Source: an uncultured bacterium (GTDB lineage: Bacteria; Lernaellota; Lernaellaia; Lernaellales; Lernaellaceae). Taken from it: a DNA stretch of 27,664 bases. Location of the stretch: positions 1 to 27,664 of the forward strand of contig CAZHPN010000068.1 in assembly GCA_964534375.1 (NCBI GenBank), written 5' to 3'. The stretch's first letter is position 1. Each line of letters starts with the position of its first letter. Position numbers and translations under genes: made by a program. Positions 8,385 to 15,873 of this stretch are shown here, one piece after another. The notes beneath the pieces were generated by a model. It saw only the letters and a program-made list of their open reading frames with translations, did not search any database and was not told the DNA's origin.

Positions 8385-8819
8385 TCACAGGAACCCGGCC
8401 AGTTCGGCTTCGAGGCGGGCGAGCGGCATCGCGCCGAGCACCTGCTTCACCGGCTGGCCGTTCTTGAAAAGGAACATGCACGGAATGGACCGAACGTCGA
8501 ACGGCGCGGCCGTCTCCGGAAACTCCTCGGTGTTGAGTTTGACGACCTTGACGGCGCCCGCGTGTTTGGCCGCGAACTGGGCCAGCACCGGCGCCATCGC
8601 CTTGCACGGGCCGCACCAGGGGGCCCAGAAGTCGACCAGCGTCGGCAACTCGCCTTCCAGGACGTCGACTGGAAAGAGCTTGTTGTTGGTGTCGATCGGC
8701 CGGTCCGGCGCGGTCAACACGGCTTGGCACTTGCCGCAGCGCGCCTGGCCGGCGCGCAAGCGATCCAACGGCGCCCGGTTGGCGGCGCCGCACGAGGGAC
8801 AACGGACTGTGTCGGGCAT
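8385..8819 (-). CDS. trxC: Thioredoxin 2 (zinc-finger thioredoxin)
   Basis: N-terminal CPSC...CGKC, active site WCGPC, cis-Pro motif VRSIP; GAGG RBS. Confidence 0.93.
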   Translation of the reverse strand: MPDTVRCPSCGAANRAPLDRLRAGQARCGKCQAVLTAPDRPIDTNNKLFPVDVLEGELPTLVDFWAPWCGPCKAMAPVLAQFAAKHAGAVKVVKLNTEEFPETAAPFDVRSIPCMFLFKNGQPVKQVLGAMPLARLEAELAGFL

Positions 8820-8866
8820 GGTGAAATCCTCTTGTGGCTACGTCCAAAAGCCGCCCGGCGCCGCGC

Positions 8867-9562
8867 TTATTGGCGATCGCGCAGAATCAGCAGGCGGATC
8901 AATGTCAGAATCGCCGCCAGCGTTGCCGCGACATAGGTCATGGCCGCCGCCGACAGAACCTTGCGTGCGCCGCCAATCTCGTCCGGATGCAACGCGCCGC
9001 TGCCTTCGAGCACGGCGAGCGCGCGCGACGAAGCGTTGAATTCGACCGGCAACGTCACGACCTGAAACAACACCGCGAAGCTGTAGAGCAATATGCCGAT
9101 GGAAACCAAGACCGGGATATGAAACAGAAACCCCCCGAGGAGCAACGGCCAGAGCATCCCCGAGCCGAGGTTCGCCACCGGAACCAGAGAGGACCGGACG
9201 CTCATCGGCCAATAGCCGTCTTTGTCTTGCAGGGCATGGCCGGCCTCATGGGCGGCGACGCCGAGCGCGGCGAGACTGGGCGAACTGTACACGCCTTCCG
9301 ACAGGCGCAGGACCTTGCCGCGCGGGTCGTAATGGTCGGTAAGCTGGCCCGCGATCGGCTCGACGGCGATGTTGGACAGCCCGGCGCGATCGAGCAGGTA
9401 ACGAGCGGCCTGCGCCCCGGTCATGCCCGAGGCGGCGCGAATTTTGCTGTATTTCGAGAAGGCGCTGCGTATCTTCGCCTGCGCCCAAATACCGAGAATC
9501 AAAGCGGGAATCAGCAGGATCATCGTCGGATCCCAGAAGAACAGCGAATGCGGCGCAACCAT
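8867..9562 (-). CDS. Putative neutral zinc metallopeptidase (YugP / Zn_peptidase_2 family), membrane-bound
   Basis: LTDHYDP, AAHEAGHALQ (HExxH), TLPVEFNASSRA and AAMTYVAA motifs; AAGGAGGAG RBS. Confidence 0.93.
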   Translation of the reverse strand: MVAPHSLFFWDPTMILLIPALILGIWAQAKIRSAFSKYSKIRAASGMTGAQAARYLLDRAGLSNIAVEPIAGQLTDHYDPRGKVLRLSEGVYSSPSLAALGVAAHEAGHALQDKDGYWPMSVRSSLVPVANLGSGMLWPLLLGGFLFHIPVLVSIGILLYSFAVLFQVVTLPVEFNASSRALAVLEGSGALHPDEIGGARKVLSAAAMTYVAATLAAILTLIRLLILRDRQ

Positions 9563-9803
9563 TTCGAACTCCTCCTTCTCGGCCCGAAAACCTAACCACG
9601 GGCCGCATTGGTTTCAAGCAACGGCGCGACCAACCGGCCGTTCGGCGCGGCGTTGGCGCTCGAACGCCGATCACCTCAGACACATGTTTTTTTGAAAAAA
9701 ACCGCTTAAGGTAAACATATACTTCTTCGACTATTAATGAAAGATTATTGCGTGACAGGGAAGCAGCTTCAGTACAATGATGGCCAACGTTGAGGCAACG
9801 TCA

Positions 9804-10034
9804 ATGTTGTGCGAGTGTCCGTACAAGACCAAGTGCCCGTACTATCAGAACACGATTGGCTTGCCGCTCATTTCATGGGAAACGGTGCTTAACGCGTATT
9901 GTCTTGGAAAGACGGAAGAGTGCGCGCGGTTCGTGATCTATCGCGAACTGAGCGCCAGCGGCGTCCCGGTGGATTTGCGTCCCGACCAGCAGGGCCGGGC
10001 GCATGACATTTTGTCCTGTTCCTTTTATAGCTGA
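9804..10034 (+). CDS. Small Cys-rich hypothetical protein
   Basis: C-x5-CPYY...YC-x6-CARF...VP.DL.P pattern; GAGG 8 nt before ATG 9804; AT-rich promoter-like region upstream. Confidence 0.75.
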   Translation: MLCECPYKTKCPYYQNTIGLPLISWETVLNAYCLGKTEECARFVIYRELSASGVPVDLRPDQQGRAHDILSCSFYS

Positions 10035-10180
10035 CGCGGGACATGGTCGCAGATTCGCCGCTTCGCGCCGCCGGCGCGAGGTGAGGTGGGGTTTCGCCTG
10101 CGACCGGCATCACGGCGTGCGGCTGATTTGATTTTGGCCCCCCTAATTCGAGGTTCGCCGTGCCGCGGGTTGAGGTCGCC

Positions 10181-10209
10181 TTGGCCCGCGCGCCAATTGT
10201 TTCTATAAT
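10181..10209 (+). promoter_or_regulatory. Sigma70-type promoter of the peptidase gene
   Basis: TTGGCC-N17-TATAAT, upstream of the GAGGAG RBS and ATG 10245. Confidence 0.6.
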
Positions 10210-10244
10210 GGCTTGCACGTTCGAACGTTCTCGAGGAGTCCGCC

Positions 10245-11291
10245 ATGCGTCGCTTTGCGCTGTTGCTTCTCGCCGTGTTCACGGCATCGTGTTGGGCCGC
10301 CGCCGTCGAGGCGCAAACCATCCGTGAAATCCAGGACGCGATCGCCGCGGCCGGCGCGAATTGGACCGCCGGCGAAAACGAAGCGTGGGATCGATTTGCC
10401 GCCGGCGGCTGGGGCCCCAACGACGCCGGGTATCCGCTGCTGGACGGAACCGAGAACTATTTCCAACCGCTGGGCTTGAAAGACCTGCCGGCGACTCTGG
10501 ATTGGCGGAACTACAACGGCAAGAATTACATCACGCCGATCAAGGACCAGGGGAACTGCGGCGCGTGCTGGGCGTTCGCGACCACCGGTCCGATCGAGAG
10601 CCACATCGCCATCGCCGAAAACCTATCCGATCCGAAGCTCAATTTGTCCGAGCAGGATTTGCTCAGTTGCTGCCAATTGCCCGGCTGCCGCAACGGCTGC
10701 ACCGGCGGCTTTACCACCTCGTCGTTCGATTATGCGCGCGACGACGGCCTGTTCGACGGCGCCTGCTTGCCGTATTTGGCCATCGACACCATCCCGTGCG
10801 ACAATCGGTGCGCCGATTGGCAAAAGCGGATCTACAAGATCGACAGTTGGGCGCTCGTCGGCCCCGGTCTGCAAGGCGTATTCCCGACGCCGCAGGAAAT
10901 CATCGAGGCGCTGCAACACGGGCCCGTCGGCACGAGCATGATCATCTACAAAGATTTCTATTCGTACACCGGCGGCATTTATCAAACGGTCATCGGCGCG
11001 CCGCAGGGCATGCACGCGGTCACGATCATCGGCTACGATTCCGACCAGGAATATTGGATCTGCAAGAACTCGTGGGGCGCCGCTTGGGGCGAGAACGGCT
11101 TCTTCCAAATCAAGTGGGGCGCGGGCGAGATCGGCATGTTGACGATTCTGCCGGTCTACACCGACCAGGGGCCGACCGGGGATGACGACGACAACGACGA
11201 CAATGACGACAACGACGAGGACAGCACGCCCGACGCGCCGCACCACGGCGAAGGCACGAGCCACACCACTACCACTGGCTGCGGCGGCTGA
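10245..11291 (+). CDS. Secreted papain-like cysteine peptidase (C1A) with an Asp-rich C-terminal tail ending GCGG
   Basis: Signal peptide; LPATLDWR, QGNCGACWAF (catalytic Cys), LSEQDLLSC, HAVTIIGY (His) and KNSWG (Asn). Confidence 0.95.
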   Translation: MRRFALLLLAVFTASCWAAAVEAQTIREIQDAIAAAGANWTAGENEAWDRFAAGGWGPNDAGYPLLDGTENYFQPLGLKDLPATLDWRNYNGKNYITPIKDQGNCGACWAFATTGPIESHIAIAENLSDPKLNLSEQDLLSCCQLPGCRNGCTGGFTTSSFDYARDDGLFDGACLPYLAIDTIPCDNRCADWQKRIYKIDSWALVGPGLQGVFPTPQEIIEALQHGPVGTSMIIYKDFYSYTGGIYQTVIGAPQGMHAVTIIGYDSDQEYWICKNSWGAAWGENGFFQIKWGAGEIGMLTILPVYTDQGPTGDDDDNDDNDDNDEDSTPDAPHHGEGTSHTTTTGCGG

Positions 11292-11324
11292 ACCGACGCG
11301 GCGCCTACGTCCGCCCGTGCGCCG

Positions 11325-12269
11325 CTACGCCACGCCGGTGTAGCGAAACGTGTAGCGGCTCGGCCGCGGCGTCAGCTTCTCGCGGGCGACGGCCGCTGCG
11401 CGGGCAACCATGCGCCGCGTGATCAACCCGTCTTCGAGGCGGAACGACCGTGCGTGTTGGTCGGGCAGGAAGCCGGCGAAGAAACAGCGCACCTTTCGAT
11501 TGGCTTTGAGAGTCGCCAACATTTCGCCGCGGATGAGGCCGTCGGACAGGCGCAGCGACCTCGCATTCGGATCGGGCGCCAGGTGGCGGAGAGCGGAGCG
11601 GAGGCCGATGACGATTTTTTCCAGCACCAGCGAACCGCGTTCGAACTCGGCGACCACCAGCGGGTTTCGCGAATTGAGGCGATAGGCCAGCCGAAAACAG
11701 CGCCGCGCGGCGAGCAGTTTCTTCTGTTGTTCGCGCAGCTTGCCGAGCATCAAGTAGCCGTCCCAATCGTCGGGCTCCAATTCGATGACCTTTTCGATCA
11801 CCTGCGTCGCGAGGCGCGATTGGCCGGCGGCAAGATAAGCCTTGGCCGTCAGCTTCAAAAGGAAGGGGTTGTTCTTCTCGTGCTGCATCACCTTGCGAAG
11901 GCACACGGCGGCGTCTGCGTTCCGGCCGTTGCGCAAGTGTTCCAAGCCCTGGCGATAGATCGCCTCGCGCGCCCGAAAGTCCGTGGGCATTTGGAACGCC
12001 GCCTTGGCTTTGAGCGCATGAATCGTCGCTTGGTCCGTCAGCCGCAACTCGTCGTATTGCCGGCGCTTGGCGGCGTCGGACAGGACGAGATACGCCTCTT
12101 CGATCGCGCCCATTTCCTCGCGGCAGTTGTCGGTCGGGTCGTCGGCATCCCACTCGTATCGGCATTTTTGATCAAGCGCGACGTAGGCCTCCTTGATCTT
12201 CAACGCGCTCGCGTACTCCGGGATCCCCAAGATATCGTAGTAATTTGGCAGTTCGTCTCGCGCCGGCAT
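11325..12269 (-). CDS. J-like domain + TPR protein
   Basis: NYYDILGI...IKEAY...IEEAYLVLSD..KRRQYD J-domain scaffold without HPD, followed by about three TPR-like helical pairs. Confidence 0.85.
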   Translation of the reverse strand: MPARDELPNYYDILGIPEYASALKIKEAYVALDQKCRYEWDADDPTDNCREEMGAIEEAYLVLSDAAKRRQYDELRLTDQATIHALKAKAAFQMPTDFRAREAIYRQGLEHLRNGRNADAAVCLRKVMQHEKNNPFLLKLTAKAYLAAGQSRLATQVIEKVIELEPDDWDGYLMLGKLREQQKKLLAARRCFRLAYRLNSRNPLVVAEFERGSLVLEKIVIGLRSALRHLAPDPNARSLRLSDGLIRGEMLATLKANRKVRCFFAGFLPDQHARSFRLEDGLITRRMVARAAAVAREKLTPRPSRYTFRYTGVA

Positions 12270-12552
12270 TTGCTTGCCTTTTCATCCGGCGAGCGCGTCC
12301 TCCCGGTTCCGCCCGCCGCTCGCGTGGCCCGTGCGGCTCCGTCGACGCCCACCGTCCGACCGCCGCTGGACGCGCCGAGCTACGCGTCCGCTTTCGAATG
12401 ATTCAAAATCGGCGCCAAACGCGAAATTAATTCGCCTATTGAATCAACCGGTTGCCGGACCCGCCGGCGGTGCACGAAAAACCGGCCGGAAATCGGGTAA
12501 CGTTGCGTTACGGCACGTAACGTTCGCGCGTCCGGCCGGCGCCGGTTTTCGT

Positions 12553-12581
12553 TTGACCGGCGGGCGACGGGCCGGTATACA
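12553..12581 (+). promoter_or_regulatory. Sigma70-type promoter of the GT2 gene
   Basis: TTGACC-N17-TATACA just upstream of ATG 12597. Confidence 0.5.
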
Positions 12582-12596
12582 TGCAGTCGGGTTCCC

Positions 12597-13607
12597 ATGA
12601 GCGACACGCCCAAAATCACGGTCATCGTGCCGTTTTACAACGCGCACGAAACGCTCGCCCGCTGCCTGGACGCGATTGTGCGCGAGTTGCCGCCGGGCGG
12701 CGAGGTGATTTGCGTCGACGACCGCAGCACCGACGATTCGGCGCAGATCGCCGCGCAATTCGACGTGCGCTTGGTGCAGATGATCCGCCGGTCGGGCGCC
12801 GCGACGGCGCGCAACCTCGCGGCATCGATCGCGCAAGGCGGTATTTTTTTCTTTCTCGACGCCGATGTGATCGCCCCGCCGGGCTTGCCGGCGCGGGTCG
12901 CCGCGGCATTCGCCGACGATCCGGAACTCGACGCCCTGTTCGGCGCGTACACGATCTTCCCCGAGGCGGAGAATTTCACGTCGGTCTACAAGAACCTGGT
13001 GCACCACACGACGCATCTGACGAGCCGCCGCGAGGCCTCCACCTTTTGGTGCGGCTGCGGCGCCATCCGCCGCGAGGCCTTCGCCCGCGTCGGCGGTTTC
13101 GACGAAAGCTACGCCGCGGCGAGCGTCGAAGACATCGACCTCGGCTATCGTCTGAACAAGACCGGGGCGAAGATCCGGCTCGATCCGAGCCTGCGCGTCT
13201 CGCACGCCAAACGGTACACCCTGCGCAGCCTGATTCGCTCCGACCTGCTCGACCGTGCGGCGCCGTGGGCGAAGTTGATGGCGCGGGAACGGGTCTTCAA
13301 GCTCGACCTCAACCTCAAGCTCGCGAACGTGCTCTCCGGCGCCGTGCTGGCGTTGGCCGCGGCGGCCGGAATCGTGCTCGCCGCGCTGAATCCGCCGGCG
13401 CTGGCCGCGGCCGCACTGGTCGCACTAGTCGTCTGCGCGGCGCTGAACGCCCGCGTGCTGTGGTACGTCGCGCGCCTGTGCGGTTTTTGGTTCTCGGTGA
13501 AATTCTTCCTCATGTACGTGGTGACGTACTTCTACAGCGTCATCGGCCTCGTTCTCGGGTTGGCCGAATACCTTCGCGAACGATGGCGGCGGGACAGAAC
13601 CGCGTGA
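12597..13607 (+). CDS. Glycosyltransferase family 2 with C-terminal transmembrane helices
   Basis: ITVIVPFYN, VDDRSTD, ARNLA, FLDAD (DxD), GGFDE, EDIDLGYRL; hydrophobic C-terminus. Confidence 0.93.
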   Translation: MSDTPKITVIVPFYNAHETLARCLDAIVRELPPGGEVICVDDRSTDDSAQIAAQFDVRLVQMIRRSGAATARNLAASIAQGGIFFFLDADVIAPPGLPARVAAAFADDPELDALFGAYTIFPEAENFTSVYKNLVHHTTHLTSRREASTFWCGCGAIRREAFARVGGFDESYAAASVEDIDLGYRLNKTGAKIRLDPSLRVSHAKRYTLRSLIRSDLLDRAAPWAKLMARERVFKLDLNLKLANVLSGAVLALAAAAGIVLAALNPPALAAAALVALVVCAALNARVLWYVARLCGFWFSVKFFLMYVVTYFYSVIGLVLGLAEYLRERWRRDRTA

Positions 13608-13636
13608 CCCCTGCTTTACGGACTTCTGAAACACTG

Positions 13637-13689
13637 TTCAATATTGCTTGACTTTATGCAAGACAACGTTATATATTGAATCGATTCAA
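13637..13689 (+). promoter_or_regulatory. Promoter with overlapping palindromes upstream of the ATPase-RloB operon
   Basis: TTGACT (13648)-N18-TATATT; perfect 14-bp palindrome TTGAATCGATTCAA (13676-13689); inverted pair TTCAATAT/ATATTGAA. Confidence 0.55.
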
Positions 13690-13748
13690 CGGCGGGAAAT
13701 GCAAATCAGTAATTTTCATGAACTTTCGCGACGGAGGTCGCTTCGGCC

Positions 13749-15098
13749 ATGCTAATCGAATTCAGCGTCGAGAATTTCAAATCTATTAAGGACCGCGTCA
13801 CACTCAGCATGTTGGCCTCGAACGCCACGGGCGAGGATGAAGGCACGAATCAAAACGTGATTGTCGACGTCGGCAAGCCGAAACATCGGCTGCTGAAAAC
13901 AGCGGCAATCTACGGCGCAAATGCATCCGGCAAATCGAATCTGATCGAGGCGATAAGTTTTTTCTGCAATTTCGTCAGGGATTCCGCGAAGGAAGGTCAG
14001 TCTGGTGAGAAAATTCCCATTGACGTGTTCCGGTTGGACGCACGTTGCGCAGCAATGCCTTCGTCGTTCGAGATTGTCTTTCTCCGTGAAAACATCCGGC
14101 ATGAATACCGATTTGTCGCCGATGGCGAGAGAATCCACCACGAAAGACTGCGTGATTATCCGAAAGGACAGCCGCGAAAAGTCTTTGAGAGACGCTGGGA
14201 TCCTGGGGAAAAGACATACGCTTTTGAAAAGGGCTCGGGGTGGATTGGGGAATGGAAAACCCTTCAGGACCTGACGCGACCGAACGCTTTGTTTTTGTCC
14301 GTCGCGGCGCAACTGAACAACGAACTTGCGGGCCGCATCGTCGAATGGATTGGCGGCAACATAAAATTTCTGGGATTATTCCCAGAAGATAATACCGGGT
14401 ATTATTTTACACTGATCCTGGCGCAAGAAAACCTTGGAATTCACAATGCAATGTTGAAATGGCTTAGGCATGTTGATCCGGGAATTGCGGATTTCGAGAT
14501 CAAGTTCGACGAATTCGCTGCGTTTGGGGATTCCACCAGCGTTTATCCGGTGAAAACCAAAACGGTCGTCACCATTCACCAAGGTGTCGCCCCCGACGGA
14601 ACCGCAAAACCAGTCCTTTTTCGGCTTGAGCAAGAATCTCATGGAACGCAGAGGTTCTTTTCCCTTTTATTTCCATTGTACGTTTCTTTGGAGTCGGGCT
14701 TCACGCTCGTCGCCGACGAGTTGGACACGCGGCTTCACCCGCTGATCACGCGATGGATCATCAATCTCTTCCACGACCCGAAAACCAACCCGCACACTGC
14801 ACAGTTGGTATTTGCCACGCATGACGCGGGTTTGCTGGGCAAGAGACTTTCCCGCCGCGGCCAAGGTACGAGAACCGACCGGCCCGATGAAGAATCGGCA
14901 ATCGCGGCGGATGGTTCGAGAAGGCGCGGCGAAGAATTATTCCGTCGCGACCAGATTTGGCTGACCCACAAAGAAAACGGCGCGACGCGTCTTTATTCGT
15001 TGTGGGACCTTCGCATCCGGAATACCGAAGATCTGCGGGCCAACTATTTGTTAGGGCGATACGGCGGCGTGCCTTTCATCGACGAGTTGGATCCTTAG
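13749..15098 (+). CDS. AAA_21 / ABC-type ATPase (RloA / AbiLi-like)
   Basis: MLIEFSVENFKSI, Walker A GANASGKS, signature QESHGT, Walker B VADELD, LHP, ATHD, RRDQIW and YLLGRYGGVP; GGAGG RBS. Confidence 0.92.
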   Translation: MLIEFSVENFKSIKDRVTLSMLASNATGEDEGTNQNVIVDVGKPKHRLLKTAAIYGANASGKSNLIEAISFFCNFVRDSAKEGQSGEKIPIDVFRLDARCAAMPSSFEIVFLRENIRHEYRFVADGERIHHERLRDYPKGQPRKVFERRWDPGEKTYAFEKGSGWIGEWKTLQDLTRPNALFLSVAAQLNNELAGRIVEWIGGNIKFLGLFPEDNTGYYFTLILAQENLGIHNAMLKWLRHVDPGIADFEIKFDEFAAFGDSTSVYPVKTKTVVTIHQGVAPDGTAKPVLFRLEQESHGTQRFFSLLFPLYVSLESGFTLVADELDTRLHPLITRWIINLFHDPKTNPHTAQLVFATHDAGLLGKRLSRRGQGTRTDRPDEESAIAADGSRRRGEELFRRDQIWLTHKENGATRLYSLWDLRIRNTEDLRANYLLGRYGGVPFIDELDP

Positions 15099-15107
15099 GG
15101 AGACGCC

Positions 15108-15782
15108 ATGACGACGCGCAAACGCCGCCCAACGCGAGACAGTATTTCACGACCCCGGAACAACATCGGGCGTTTCCCAAGACGCAACATGTTGATCGTT
15201 TGCGAGGGAGAGAAAACCGAACCGAATTATTTCGATGACGTTCGTCGTTATTTCCACGTACAGCGCGAATTTTGCATCGTGATCGGCCGATGCGGCGATC
15301 CTCGATCGGTCGTCCAACGCGCCAAACGCGAAAAAATCGCCGCAGAAAGCATCGATGAGCCGTTTGACGAAATCTGGGTCGTCTTCGATCGTGACGATGT
15401 CGCCGGCGTCGAAAACGCCATCCAAATGGCCCGCGACAACGACTTCAACGTCGCGTTTTCGAACCCGTGTTTCGAGTTGTGGTACCTACTGCATTTTCGC
15501 GACCAGACTGCCCATCTGAATCAGCAAGCAGCCAAGAGAGCCATGCGGCAATGCATCGAGGGGTACCGCGAGAGCCAGGCAGGCTTGTACGAGGAATATT
15601 TTCGCGACCGTGAAAATCGTGCGATTGCCCGGGCCGAAAAGCTGCGGGCCAGGTATGACGACGAATTGAAATGGAGCGGGCGGAACCCATTCACGACCGT
15701 TGACCTGCTCGTAATTGCTATCGCGGAGTCTTACGGCCCGGCGCCGGCCTCGCCCTCGCCATGCGTCGCGGAAGACTACTGA
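15108..15782 (+). CDS. rloB: RloB-like protein (TOPRIM-like; AbiLii-like)
   Basis: LIVCEGEKTEPNYF, WVVFDRD, FSNPCFELWYLLHF and NPFTTV motifs; starts 10 nt after the ATPase stop. Confidence 0.92.
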   Translation: MTTRKRRPTRDSISRPRNNIGRFPRRNMLIVCEGEKTEPNYFDDVRRYFHVQREFCIVIGRCGDPRSVVQRAKREKIAAESIDEPFDEIWVVFDRDDVAGVENAIQMARDNDFNVAFSNPCFELWYLLHFRDQTAHLNQQAAKRAMRQCIEGYRESQAGLYEEYFRDRENRAIARAEKLRARYDDELKWSGRNPFTTVDLLVIAIAESYGPAPASPSPCVAEDY

Positions 15783-15873
15783 AAATCGCCTGACCTTTCG
15801 CCAACTTGCATTTCCCGGTCAGACCTGCGAAAGTCCGCGCCGAAAGTCGTGAGACAACTGCGAGAAACACACC

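Noticed and set aside
11325..12269. Canonical dnaJ
   Set aside because: It has no HPD, G/F region or zinc finger.
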